Below are positions 12,062-24,904 of a stretch of DNA of 64,000 nucleotides, in pieces (position 1 is the first letter of the stretch; every line of letters starts with the position of its first letter). The position numbers and the translations under genes are program-made. The stretch is from Cetorhinus maximus (Eukaryota), in NCBI RefSeq assembly GCF_964194155.1, contig NC_135887.1:26474001-26538000 (forward strand), in the 5' to 3' direction. The notes beneath the pieces were generated by a model. The model saw only the letters and a list, made by a program, of their open reading frames with translations, did no database searches and was not told where the DNA came from.

Positions 12062-12470
12062 AGAGTCATAGAATAGATACAATGCGGAAGAGGCTATTTG
12101 GTCCATTGTGTCTGTGCTGGCTTTTTGCAATAGCAACTCACTTGGCACAATGCTCCTGCCTTTTCCTGTAGCCTTGCAAATATTTTCTCTTCAAATAATT
12201 ATGCAGTTCCCTTGAATCTGCCCCCACCACTCCCAAGCAGTGCATTCCAAATCCTAACTGCCCGCTGCATCAAAATGTTTTACCTTATGTCACCATTGCT
12301 TCTTTTGCCAATCAATTTAAGTCACAGTTCTCTACCCCTCTGCCAAAGAGAGTAGTTTCTCCCAGTCTGCTCTGTCCAAGAACCCCCATGATTTTAAACA
12401 TCTCTATCAAATGTCTTCTCTCCAAGCAGAACAGCTCCAGCTTCCCCAAGCTACCTACATAACAGGCCCT
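12062..12470 (-). mobile_element. Degenerate CR1 3' fragment
   Basis: Antisense CR1 3'-end motifs. Confidence 0.65.
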
Positions 12471-12668
12471 CCCTTAGTGTCTAGAAATGTTATAACATGT
12501 AAACCAAATGACCAGGTTGAAATAAAATTCCATTTTCCAGTTTACTGATGTGTCTTATGATTTTTTGGTGAGCTGAGCTAGTGACATATGGAAACCAGCC
12601 AGGCTGAACATTCACCAAACCACGGAGAAACCCACCAAAACCATCTTTCTGTTTATCCAACAGGAAAT

Positions 12669-12792
12669 GGGACAGTATAAAGGGAGATTTACTTGGTATC
12701 TAACTCCGTGCTGTACCTGTCCTGGGAGTGTTTGATGGGGACAGTGTAGAGGGAGCTTTACTCTGTATCTAACCCTGTGCTGTACCTGCCCA
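12669..12792. repeat. About 2 units of the 69-bp satellite
   Basis: Same unit as 48527-49383. Confidence 0.85.
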
Positions 12793-13199
12793 GTTCTGTG
12801 GTGAGGTGAGAGAGAGAACTGTGTGTGCCCCTTTCCCTGAGAGGAATCAATAACAGAATGGAAGCACATCTAGATTCTATTGCTTTACTTTCCATGAGTT
12901 GTTGCCTCCCCTGAAATACAATCCCACCCTCCCACTGCTCAATGTGAGAATGTGGCAGTCTCTAGGATTGAAAGACAGTGACAGCCAGCAAGAGGCTGGC
13001 GATGTGAATAATGTTTTGTGATAGCGAGAGAATGTATTTGCAGCGTCTTTAATGCAAGATCCATCGCAAAGAACTTCAGAAGAATAGTTAAACCTATGGA
13101 ACCGATGGGGTGCTGCAGGAAGTTTCAGAATCTATCCGTTGGAGGGGCTGAATGGCCTCCATCTGAATCTGACCATGCAGCGACAGGGACAGGTGGCAA

Positions 13200-13640
13200 A
13201 TTTTTGCCCATCAAGTATTTGTACAATTCCATTTTGAAAATTACTATTGAATTTGCTTCCACCGCCCTTTCTGGCAGTTCATTGCAGATCACAACAACTC
13301 GCTGTATTTATTTTTTAAAAATTCTCATCTGCCCTCTGGTTCTTTTGCTAATTGCCATAAATTTGTGACTTCTAGTTACCAACCCTCCTGCCACTGGAAA
13401 CAGTTTCTCCCAATCTACTAAAGTCTTCCGTTAATCTTCCCTGGTCTAAGAGAACAACCCAGCTTCTCTAGTCACTCCACATAACTGAAGTCCCTCATTC
13501 CTGGTACTATGCCAGTAAATTCCTTCTGCACCCTCTCCAAGGCTGCCTTAAAATATGGTGCTCAGAATTGAACACAATACTCTGCCTGGTATCCACACAC
13601 TGTTTTATAAAGGTTGAACATAACTTCCTTGCTTTTTATC
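13200..13640 (-). mobile_element. Degenerate CR1 fragment
   Basis: Antisense CR1 RT C-terminal sequence (CTGCACCCTCTCCAAGG, GAATTGAACACAATACTC). Confidence 0.65.
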
Positions 13641-15562
13641 TTTTATGAATTGAACAAATTCCATCTTAATCAAGGCTTTCCAAAAGATGGTGTGGAATGT
13701 GTGCAGCATTGGCAATAACTGTCCAATCTGAGCTTGAATGTGTTGTAAAGAGTCCTCAGAAGCTGCCCATGGTTAGGCTGCAGAAGAGAGATATTAACTT
13801 AAACCGCAGACCAGCTTCACTCTGGAATGTTGTCATTGGATATGTTGATTAATATTATGATGTCTGTTAAGCCATCTAAACTCCTTTGTTTATACTAAAA
13901 GAATAATCTTAAAAAAATGAATACAGGGTTTTATAACTGACCTGAGCATGGAACTCAGTGTAGACACTGTGCTTCTCTCATGCACTCAATTTCATTCCGA
14001 GAGTAGGATTAAGGGATTGCTGGAGATTATTCTCATTGCCAGGGGTCCATCCAACTATATTGTCAATGTAGAGGCAGGTGGAGAGTAGGTTGGGAACTGA
14101 TATGATGATGAAACTTTGGTGCAGAACAATAGCTTAGGATATTTGGATACTAAAAAATCCCACTCTAAATAAAAGGATGATCTGTGAGGCTCATGAATAT
14201 AGTCTGATCTGATTGCTGTAAACTAAAGGGTCTTTAGATATGAAAATGAAAAAAAGGTTATCATTATGTTGGCTTTTAAATGAGGGAAAATGAGACTGGG
14301 ACATTTGTATTTCAATCTGGATTAGAAAAAGGATCAGAAATTCTTGCAGTAAAATGTTAAGGATCCAAAGATTAGGGCATCTTTATTTTATTTAAGCTCC
14401 ACAGGTTTAATAGCTACAGAATGGGAGAGAGAGAGAGCAAAACTTTGTTCATGAAGCATCTGGTACAATCCAATAAAACACAATTGCATTGCAACGAATG
14501 GATCCTATTTTTTAAAACGAGCATAAGGACAAATTTGGAACAGTGAATTCTTTAAAAAGCTTCTTCCAATTTCTCTTCTTCTCTGCTGCAAGTAAGTTGC
14601 CCTGCAATCCCCTGTGCCCAACTGGTCATTATTCACACGTGATCCCAGACACTAACTGTTTGATCAGAGAGAGCAAGAGCCCAGTCATTCCACGTCTATA
14701 TCGTGGACAGTGGACGCCCCGTCCCCAGCCTGTGGTACTGACTTTACTGAGCTGCGGAATCACATCATAGTGTGGTGCAGTGAGAACAGGGACGAAGCAG
14801 TGATCTGTGTTGGGGGCAGGTTATGTCCACAAGGTGTCACACCGTGTTACATATATAAAGCAGTCCTGTATAGAGTTTAATGTTTAATGCTGTACTTCTG
14901 ACCTGGAATCAGCAACTTGCACTCGAGTTCCAAATCTGTACAATGCTCACCAGCAATTAAACAATAATACACCCTCGCCCCACCCACCTCCTCCCTGCCC
15001 CGCTCCCTCACCCCACCAATTGACTGCTGTCCAGTGACCCCTGTTGAAAGTGGATATCAGATTTGGGATTTCCTCTTGATTGTGGGACTTCCAACAGTGA
15101 GTGGTTTGCCAATGCTCACTGTCCAGTTTTATACACAGAGCACAGCTGTTAGAGAGGGTGAGGAATCTGAGGGTGACAGTGAGTGAGATACAAGACAGGA
15201 GGCACAGGATGGTATCTCATACTTTATATTATGCTCACTGCACTTGCAGACATAATCAAGCTGGGGAAGCCTGACCTGGTGACGTGCAGTGAAGTGGAGT
15301 TCAGTTCAGAGGAAGGGAGATGCTGCTCATTGCATGTTAAGGAAGGAATATGCTGACAGGAAATGAGCTCGGGCTGTTCCCTCCAGGTCATTGTGGTCAG
15401 TGATATCTGGAAAGGCAGGGAGAGATTCCTAGGTCCTGTGACCAAACAGAATGTCTGCACCAAGAGTTTTTCCCGCTGCTTTGTACTGTGCGATGTACAA
15501 TTCCAGGGATTTGAAAAACTGGTCTCTCCTCTTGTTTCCTCTTATGTTTGGGACGATGCTGG

Positions 15563-16132
15563 TTACACGTTGATGACAATCGCAGCATTGTAGATGAGGT
15601 CAGAGGTGCAACGGAGGGAGGTGTGTGTTCCTCCTTCTCCCTGCTCTCTGGGTCCTGGTTCCAGGTACGGCACGACTTGGTCAGATCCTGCAAGCTGTGC
15701 AAAATTGGCGGCGTGATTTCTGGAGGGAGTCACTGTGCCACCTTTACTCCTAAACCCGAAGCAGGTGTTGAACTGACTGACATCATCTCTGGAGACGGTG
15801 CACCCTTGTGGCTGAGGCAGGGAGCTGAAAACTGAGCTATTCTCCCACATAAGCTGATCATGGAAGGCCGGAGAGAGGTTTGATGGACTGCCCTGCTGCT
15901 GCACTGGGGAGGCTCCGTTTCTCAAGTTGTGTCCGGTGTGCCTGCCCATCACTGGGTTGTTGCAGAAGGCAGCTCTGTACTGGATGCGCCCTCTATCTGG
16001 TGCCCTGACAATGGCAGCAGGTTTAAGGTGACCTTGAGTCTGGAGAGGGGAGACTGAAAGCTGCCCCAGCAGACAGTTCCTCACCTTCTTGCGCTGTTTG
16101 GTGCGTCGTGCACGACGATTCTGAAACCAGAC
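15563..16132 (-). CDS. SEBOX: SEBOX exon 3
   Basis: CTTTCCAG|VWFQNRRARR...IYNAAIVINV*. Confidence 0.93.
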   Translation of the reverse strand, partial: VWFQNRRARRTKQRKKVRNCLLGQLSVSPLQTQGHLKPAAIVRAPDRGRIQYRAAFCNNPVMGRHTGHNLRNGASPVQQQGSPSNLSPAFHDQLMWENSSVFSSLPQPQGCTVSRDDVSQFNTCFGFRSKGGTVTPSRNHAANFAQLAGSDQVVPYLEPGPREQGEGGTHTSLRCTSDLIYNAAIVINV

Positions 16133-19100
16133 CTGGAAAGCAATAAGCAAAAAGTTAGGAAATAATTAGCATGGGTTTAGGATCATTTTGACTCAATCAC
16201 ACTGTCCCAACCCCACTCCATTTCCTTGTAATAATTCCTGTTGCTTGGAACTATTAATGACCAGATTGAGATAAAGTTAACAGAAACTTCCTTGATTTTA
16301 GCTGGGGTTAGCAGTGGAGGGGCTATAATTGCCCTGTTAGGGAGAGTGAGCTGTGTTCTCCAACTCCATCAATCCTGTTAACTGCCAGATTGGGGTTCAG
16401 CATTCTCTGGTGATATTGTCCTAACAAATTATTTATTTTAAACCATTTCTGCTCCCAGTTTGAGAAGCTTGTGTCTAATTTCTCACCAGTTCAGTGACCA
16501 TCTCAGTGTGGGTGGGACAGAGGCTGGGATCAGAACAGACTGGACAGCTACGTGTCAGTAACTCAATAACTAGGCAGCTACATGTCACTAACTCCGTAAC
16601 TAGGCTATGTAACAAAACTACCATATTTTTCATAATATTATTGTGGGGTATTGTAAAGCCAGCTTATGTTTGTGTGTGTGTGGATGGTTCTGCCTGTGTG
16701 GTTGATTTAAATAAGAACAAAGAAAAGCACAGCACAGGAACAGGCCCTTTGGCCCTCCAAGCCTGCGCCGATCATATTGCCCGTCACTTCCAGGTTCTGT
16801 ATCCCTCTATTCCCATCCTATTCATGTATTTGTCAAGCTGCCTCTTAAACACCACTATCGTACCTGCTTCCACCACCTCCTCTGGCAGCAAATTCCAGAC
16901 ACTCACTACCCTCTGCGTAAAAAACTTGCCCTGCACATCTCCTCTATAGTTTTCTCCTCTCACCTTAAATCTATGTCCCCTAGTAATTGACTCTTCCACC
17001 CTGAGAGAAAGCTTCTGACTATCTACTCTGTCCATGCCACTCATAATTTTGTAAATTTCTATCAAGTCGCCCCTCAATCTCCGTAGCTCTAGTGAGAACA
17101 ATCCGAATTTCTCCAACCTCTCCTCATAGCTAATAACCTCCAGATCAGGCAGCATCCTGGTAAACCTCTTCTGCACCCTCTCCAACGCCTCCATATCCTT
17201 CTGGTAATGTGGCAACCAGAATTGCACGCAATATTCCAAGTGTGGCCTAGCCAAGGTTCTATACAGCTGCAGGATGACTTCCCAGCTTTTATATTCAGTA
17301 CCCCTGCCAATGAAGGCAAGCATGCCATATGCCTTCCTGACTACCTTATCCACCTGCGTTGCCACTTTCAGTGACCTGTGGACCTGTACACCCAGATCCC
17401 TCTGCCCGTCGATGCACTTAAGGGTTCTGCCATTTACTGTATAATTACTGCCTGTAATAGACCTTCCAAAATGCATTACCTTGCATTTGTATACATTCTA
17501 TTTGTAAATTAGAGTTGGATAGACTGCAAGAGTTAGGTATGAAAAGGGTATTTGAAATGCTAATGAGTAAGCCAGGGTAAAGGTTTCAGCAGATAGGGTG
17601 TGAATGAAATTTGCATTTTAAGGTAAGTGCAGAGGTGTTTGGTTTTCAAAGAGACACGATAAAGTTTTACAACTGACAGGATAAATAGGACAAGGTTTTT
17701 ACTTATTTACCTTTCCCAAAAGGAAAAGGCCATATTGACAACATGAAAGATTTTTATAGTATGGGAAAAGTAAATTCCAAAGACAAAAGGGAACAATGGG
17801 ATTTACAGATTAAACAGGAAGAAATATATTTAAAGAAGGACGGAAGGTTATGAGATCTAAAAGACACACCATGTGAAACAGACTTGGGGAAACAGCCACT
17901 TTTCAGAGGTCTGCTGTTCCAGTAACCAAAGTTGTGTTCAAAGCCTTTGGAATTCCACTGTCAACAGTGTGCCTGTGGTAACCTTGCTGGATTGCCTCGT
18001 TACACTTAAAATCTATTTTGGACTGTTGCCTTAAAAGGGGTGTGTGGTTGAGAGTCAGGTTAATTAGGAATTTTGGGATTCGTTACAATATTAAGTAACT
18101 GTAACTGTAATCTTGTATGTGTTTTATTCCTTCCTTTTGTTAACAAGTGTTTTGCTTTAATTTTTAAAATTTCTAAAAGTGCTAGTGGACTCATTACTTC
18201 TGAATTCAGTGCACAAATCTTCTCATAATAAATACAAATTGCAAAACCGTTATGACAGCGTGGCCAAGTTTCCCTCGTGGATTTGGTGAGCCTGGCAAAT
18301 ACCAAATGCCGTATCATAACAGCAGCTACATGTCAGTAACTAGGCAGCTACATATCAGTAACTCTAACTAGTCAGCTACATGTCAGTAACTAGACAGTTA
18401 CATGTCAGTAACTAGGCAGCTACATGTCAGTAACACAGTAACTAGACAGCTACATATCAGTAACTAGGCAGCTACATGTCAGTAATTCAGTAACTAGGCA
18501 GCTACATGTCATTAATTAGGCAGCTACATGACAGTAACTCAATAACTAGGCAGCTACATGTCAGTAACTAGGCATCGACATGACAGTAACTCAATAACTA
18601 GGCAGCTACATGTCAGTAACTAACTAGGCAGCTACACGTCAGTAACTAGGCAGTTACATGTCAGTAACTAGACAGCTACATGACAGTAACTCAATAACTA
18701 GGCAGCTACATGTCAGTAACTCAATAACTAGGCAGCTACATGTCAGTAACTCAATAACTAGGCAGCTACATGTCAGTAACTAGGCAGCTACATGACAGTA
18801 ACTCAATAACTAGGCAGCTACATGTCAGTAACTAGGCAGCTAAATGTCAGTAACTAGGCATCGACATGACAGTAACTCAATAACTAGGCAGCTACGTGTC
18901 AGTAACTAACTAGGCAGCTACACGTCAGTAACTAGGCAGTTACATGTCAGTAACTAGACAGCTACATGACAGTAACTCAATAACTAGGCAGCTACATGTC
19001 AGTAACTAGGCAGCTACATGACAGTAACTCAATAACTAGGCAGCTACATGTCAGTAACTAGGCAGCTACATGACAGTAACTCAATAACTAGGCAGCTACA

Positions 19101-22100
19101 TGTCAGTAACTAGGCAGCTACATGTCAGTAACTTTAACTAGGCAGCTACATGTCAGTAACTCTAACTAGGCAGCTACATGTCAGTAACTAGGCAGCTATA
19201 TGTCAGTAACTCTAACTAGGCAGCTACATGTCAGTAACTCTAACTAGGCAGCTACATGTCAGTAACTAGGCAGCTACATGTCAGTAACTAGACAGCTACA
19301 TGACAGTAACTCAATAACTAGGCAGCTACATGTCAGTAACTAGACAGCTACATGACAGTAACTCAATAACTAGGCGGCTACATGTCAGTAACTAGGCAGC
19401 TACATGACAGTAACTCAATAACTAGGCAGCTACATGTCAGTAACTAGGCAGCTACATGTCAGTAACTTTAACTAGGCAGCTACATGTCAGTAACTCTAAC
19501 TAGGCAGCTACATGTCAGTAACTCTAACTAGGCAACTACATGTCAGTAACTAGGCAGCTACATGTCAGTAACACAGTAACCAGACAGCTACATATCAGTA
19601 ACTAGGCAGCTACAGGTCACTAACTCAGTAACTAGGCAGCTACATGTCAGTAACTAGGCAGCTACATGTCAGTAATTAGGCAGCTACATGTCAGTAACAC
19701 AGTAACCAGACAGCTACATATCAGTAACTAGGCAGCTACATGTCAGTAATTCAGTAACTAGGCAGCTACATGTCATTAATTAGGCAGCTACATGACAGTA
19801 ACTCAATAACTAGGCAGCTACATGTCAGTAACTAGGCAGCTACATGTCAGTAACTAGGCAGCCACATGACAGTAACTCAATAACTAGGCAGCTACATGTC
19901 TAACTAGGCAGCTACATGTCAGTAACTCTAACTAGGCAGCTACATGTCAGTAACTAGGCAACTATATGTCAGTAACTCTAACTAGGCAGCTACATGTCAG
20001 TAACTCTAACTAGGCAGCTACATGTCAGTAGCTAGGCAGCTACATGTCAGTAATTAGGCAGCTACATGTCAGTAACACAGTAACTAGACAGCTACATATC
20101 AGTAACTAGGCAGCTACATGTCATTAATTAGGCAGCTACATGACAGTAACTCAATAACTAGGCAGCTACATGTCAGTAACTAGACATCGACATGACAGTA
20201 ACTCAATGACTAGGCAGCTACATGTCAGTAACTAGGCAGCTACATGTCAGTAACTCTAACTGGGCAGCTACATGTCATAACTCTAACTAGGCAGCTACAT
20301 TTCAGTAATTAGGCAGCTACATGACAGTAACTCAATAACTAGGCAGCTACATGTCAGTAACACAGTAACTAGACAGCTACATGTCAGTAACTCAGTAACT
20401 AGGCAGCTACATGATAGTAACTCAATAACTAGGCAGCTAAATGTCAGTAACTCTAACTAGGCAGCTACATGTCAGTAACTCTAACTAGGCAGCTACATGT
20501 CAGTAACTAGGCAGCTATATGTCAGTAACTAGACAGCTACATGTCAGTAACTAGGCAGCTACATGTCAGTAACTCTAACTAGGCAGCTACATGTCAGTAA
20601 CTCTAACTAGGCAGCTACATGTCAGTAACTACGCAGCTACATGTCAGTAACTCTAACTAGGCAGCTACATGTCAGTAACTAGGCAGCTATATGTCAGTAA
20701 CTAGACAGCTACATGTCAGTAACTAGACAGCTACATGTCAGTAACTAGACAGCTACATGTTATTAACTCAGTAACTAGACAGCTACATGTCAGTAACTAG
20801 GCAGCTACATGTTACTAACTCAGTAACTAGGCAGCCTCATGTCAGTAACTAGGCAGCTACATGTCAGAACTCTAACTAGGCAGCTACATATCAGTAACTA
20901 GGCAGCTACATGTCAGTAACTAGACAGCTACATGTCAGTACCTAGGCAGCTACATGTTACTAACTCAGTAACTAGGCAGCTACATGTCACTAACTCAGTA
21001 ACTAGGCTGCTACATATCAGTAACTAGGCTGCTACCTGTCTGTATCTAGGCAGCTACATGTCAGTAACTCAGTAATTAGGCAGCTACATGTCACTAACTC
21101 AGTAACTAGGCAGCTACATGTCAGTAAATAGGCAGCTACATGTCAGTAACTCTAACTAGGCAGCTACATGTCAGTAACTAGGCAGCTACATGTCAGTAAC
21201 TCAGTAACTAGGCAGCTACATGTCACTAACATCAGTAACTAGGCAGCTACATGTCAGTAACTAGGCAGCTACATGTCTGTAACTAAGCAGCTACATGTCA
21301 GTAACTCAGTAACTAGTCAGCTACATGTCAGTAAATAGGCAGCTACATGTCAGTAACTCAGTAACTAGGCAGCTACATGTCACTAACTCAGTAACTAGGC
21401 AGCTACATGTCAGTAACTAGGCAGCTAAATGTCAGTAGCTCAGTAACTAGGCAGCTACATGTCACTAACTCAGTAACTAGGCAGCTACATGTCAGTAACT
21501 CTAACTAGGCAGCTACATGTCAGTAAATAGACAGCTACATGTCAGTAAATAGGCAGCTACATGGCACTAACTCAGTAACTAGGCAGCTACATGTCAATAA
21601 CTAGGCAGCTACATGTCAGTAGCTCAGTAACTAAGCAGTTACATGTCAGTAACTAGGCAGCTACATGTCAGTAACTCAGTAACTAGGCAGCTACATGTCA
21701 ATAACTAGGCAGCTACATGTCAGTAGCTCAGTAACTAAGCAGTTACATGTCAGTAACTAGGCTGCTACATGTCAGTAGCTCAGTAACTAGGCAGCTACAT
21801 GTCAGTAACTCAGTAACTAGGCAGCTACATGTCAATAACTAGGCAACTACATGTCAGTAGCTCAGTAACTAAGCAGTTACATGTCAGTAACTCAGTAACT
21901 AGGCAGCTGCATGTCAGTAACTCAGTAACTAGACAGCTACATGTCAGTAACTAGACAGCTACATGTCAGTAACTCAGTAACTAGGCAGCTACATGTCAAT
22001 AACTAGGCAGCTACATGTCAGTAGCTCAGTAACTAAGCAGTTACATGTCAGTAACTAGGCAGCTACATGTCAGTAGCTCAGTAACTAGGCAGCTACATGT

Positions 22101-24666
22101 CAGTAACTCAGTAACTAGGCAGCTGCATGTCAGTAACTATGCAGCTACATGTCAGTAACTCAGTAACTAGACAGCTACATGTCAATAACTAGGCAGCTAC
22201 AAGTCAGTAACTAGGCAGCTACATGTCAGTAACTCAGATCCTAGCAATTGGTAGCATCCATTCCTTTGTCACTCACTGAGGTTTGATAGGCACTAGTTTA
22301 TGTCAACGTCCCCAGATTGGTTTAATGCTGTTCCAAACTGCAGCCAGAGAATGTTAGACCTGAACCGGTTTGTTCTTTGATAGAAGCTCCAAGTTCACAC
22401 AATTGCTGCTTTGATGTTGTTTGATTTTGCTGCATTTTCTATTGAGCATGAAATGAGTGCATTCATTCCGAAACCTCGCCACACAGACCGGAGATCATCA
22501 AGACTGAGAAGGACCTCTAGGCTTAACTGTCGCAGTACTCCCTGGGTTCCAACCCCCCCACCATGCTCTCCCATTCCCCCCCCACCATGCTCTCCCATCC
22601 CCCCACACTCTCCTCACCCCACCCCCATTATTTATTTTCCATAGACATCAACAGCTACTAATATCAATTTGGCACCTTTAACATAGTCACCCAGACCACA
22701 GTGCTTCAGAGGAGCAATTTTAAACAAATGAGGACACTGAACCACATAAGGAGATAGCAGCTTTTAATGAGTATCTTCAACAAGGAAAGAGAGGCAGAGA
22801 GGTTTAGGGAGGGAATTTGGGAGCTTGGGGCCCAGGCAGCTGAAGGCATGGCAGCCAATGGCGGAGCGATTAAAACTGGAGATGTGCAAGAGATCAGAAT
22901 TAGAGAAGTGCAGAGATCTTGGAGGGTTGAAGGAAATTACTGAGATAGGGAGGGGTGAGGCCATGGAGGGATTTCAAAACAAGGATGAGAATTTTAAAAT
23001 CAAGACCCTGCTTAACTGGGAGCCAGTGTAGATCAGCGAGCACGGGAGTGATAGGGGAACAGGACTTGGTGTGAGTTAGGAGTTAGGGTTTGGGCAGACC
23101 TCTGGTTTATAGGAGGGCAGAATATGGGAGGGTGGCCAGGGGCGTGTTCAAATATCCTAGAGGGATGAAGGACGGGAAATGGTTGTGGGTCAGAGTGGGA
23201 GGTGGGTGTTTATTCGCTACTGCCTAATTGACGTTTCGGTCAAAGATGAATTTAATTCTCAATCACTAATGAACGCCCTGAGTGTACACCCTCCCCACGT
23301 CAAGCAACCCTCCATCAAATTCAGTGCCAAAGTTTTGTATTTGAAAGTTGTTCAGTTTGTAACTATATCGAATTTTACAGAGGGGATCTGAATGCAAATA
23401 TTACTCATCAGAAGCTGACAGATGCTGTCGCATCTGTGAACAAACACCTACCTGGATCTTGGATTCTGGGAGTCTGGTAATCTCGGCCAATGTCTCTCTC
23501 GTATTGATATCAGGGTAAGGAGTCAGGACAAACGCTCTCTCCAGTTCCCCCAGTTGCCATCTGCTAAAGATTGTCCTCTTCCTCTTCCGCTGGCCCTCGG
23601 TCAGAAAGCCCAAGTCAACTGATCGGGGAAAACGGACAACTTGAGGCCCGAGATCTGATAGGACAACATCAGATCCAGTCAAAATAGAGAGAAACTCGGA
23701 TATAAAACTACCTTCATATACCATAACCCTCAAAACAACCCTCCCAATACATATTCTCTCTAAAGCAACCTCTCCCCAATTACCCGCCCCCCACGAATAA
23801 TCTCCCCAGAACTCTCAGATTCTCCACCTCCCTCTCATTCCTCAGTTTTACACAATTCCAAATAGAACTGAGAAAGTTCCGTGCTCATCCACAGATTGAT
23901 TTTTTCACAGCCTCTCCCAGCACAGTCCGTCCCATTGCCAGCCCCACACCCCTCCACCTCCCTCATACCCTCAGCTCCCCCACCTCCCTCAGACCCTCAC
24001 ACCTTCACCCCCCCAGCCCCTCACCCCATCTCCCTCACGCACCCCACCTCCCTCACACCCCTAGCTCCCCCACCTCCCTCACAACCTCATACCTTCACCC
24101 CCAAGCCCCTCACCCCATCTCCCTCACGCCCCCCACCTCCCTCACACCCCTAGCTCCCCCAACTCCCTCAGACCCTCACACCTTCACCCCCAAGCCCCTC
24201 ACCCCATCTCCCTCACACCCCCCACCTCCCTCACACCCTCAGATCTTCACTCCCCAGCTCCCCTACACCCCAGACCTTCACCCCCAGCTCCTCCACCTCC
24301 CTCACTCCCCAAGCCTCTCGCCCCCACCTCCCTCACCCCTACCTCCCTCACACCTTCACCCCCAGCCCCTCACCCCCCCACCCCCCTCACACTCCCACCC
24401 CCACCTCCCCCTCACCCCCCACCTCCCCCTCAAAACCACACTCTAACCTTCTTCACACCCCCACCTCCCTCACACCCCCAGACCCTCACCTCAGCCCCAG
24501 AACCCCCCCTCCCCCCGCCCTATTCCTCAGAACCAATTAACTTTCTCCGGATCCGCGAGTTTGCTGTCAGTCCGGATTTAGCGGAAATCTCCCTGACGCG
24601 AGGCTGAAGTCCGGGCTCACCCTCTCCTTCTGGCCCAGGGGGCTCCCGGTCCAATCTTCCCTCCAT
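15563..24666 (-). CDS. SEBOX: SEBOX paired-type homeobox protein, about 260 aa; complement(join(15563-16132,23452-23618,24621-24666))
   Basis: Homeodomain RKRKRTIFSRWQLGELERAFVLTPYPDINTRETLAEITRLPESKIQ|VWFQNRRARRTK with the typical paired-class intron; C-terminal TSDLIYNAAIVINV resembles the SEBOX C-terminal motif; convergent on TMEM199 as in human. Exon 1 is inferred from ATG, donor and phase. Confidence 0.9.
16608..18321 (+). mobile_element. Putative solo LTR (TG...CA) splitting the 22-bp array, with a nested CR1
   Basis: Starts TGTAAC, ends ATAACA; non-coding, AT-rich, AATAAA at 18227-18232; the 22-bp array flanks both sides. No clear TSD. Confidence 0.5.
16713..17490 (-). mobile_element. 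CR1 LINE 3' fragment
   Basis: 230-aa ORF 16784-17476 with CR1 RT C-terminal motifs. Confidence 0.92.
18322..22236. repeat. 22-bp minisatellite (TACATGTCAGTAACTAGGCAGC) with variable 7-8 bp inserts, SEBOX intron 2; further units at 16545-16607
   Basis: Read directly. Confidence 0.95.
22665..23170 (-). mobile_element. Degenerate L2-like LINE 3' fragment
   Basis: Reverse complement resembles 52330-52590 ([14 protein letters not shown]-type tail). Confidence 0.65.
23452..23618 (-). CDS. SEBOX: SEBOX exon 2 (homeodomain helices 1-2)
   Basis: TTTTCCCCGATCAG acceptor; CAG|GTAGGT donor. Confidence 0.92.
23935..24520. repeat. C-rich low-complexity repeat in SEBOX intron 1
   Basis: CCCCACCTCCCTCACA-type units. 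Confidence 0.9.
24621..24666 (-). CDS. SEBOX: SEBOX probable exon 1 (MEGRLDREPPGPEGE)
   Basis: ATG at 24666; donor G|GTGAGC in phase 1, matching exon 2. Confidence 0.65.
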
Positions 24667-24689
24667 TCGAGCCGGGACAGCTGCTGTAT

Positions 24690-24830
24690 AACTGGGGGGG
24701 TCTGGCTGCGCTTTTTGTAGCTGCCGATTCCAGGTGTGAAGCACCAGCTCCGCTTCCAAGCAATCTGGACTCTGATCTCAATCCACAGCAGGGAATCCCA
24801 ATCCGCCAGACACAACTTCACACCTTTCCC
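24690..24830 (-). promoter_or_regulatory. SEBOX proximal promoter with T-box, FoxH1 and Smad motifs
   Basis: AGGTGTGAA 24732-24740, AATCCACA 24780-24787, CAGAC 24807-24811, TTCACACCT 24817-24825, GTCTG 24700-24704; TATA-like TACAAAAAG on the - strand at 24719-24711. Confidence 0.65.
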
Positions 24831-24904
24831 GGACACACAAAGCACTGGCGGCAACTAATGTCCCGGGACAAAATAACCAGAACTGAGGCAAAACACCCAG
24901 AACC

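Noticed and set aside
18322-22236. CRISPR-like array or p53 site cluster (ACATGT)
   Set aside because: No unique spacers and a eukaryotic context; CTACATGTCA deviates from RRRCWWGYYY at several positions.
23075-23095. Telomere-like GTTAGGAGTTAGGGTTTGGG
   Set aside because: Too short, imperfect and inside a decayed LINE.
23619-23733. SEBOX N-terminus read from the ORF extension upstream of exon 2
   Set aside because: The ORF-track start is not an ATG; a good acceptor at 23619 and a phase-matched upstream exon with promoter motifs fit better.
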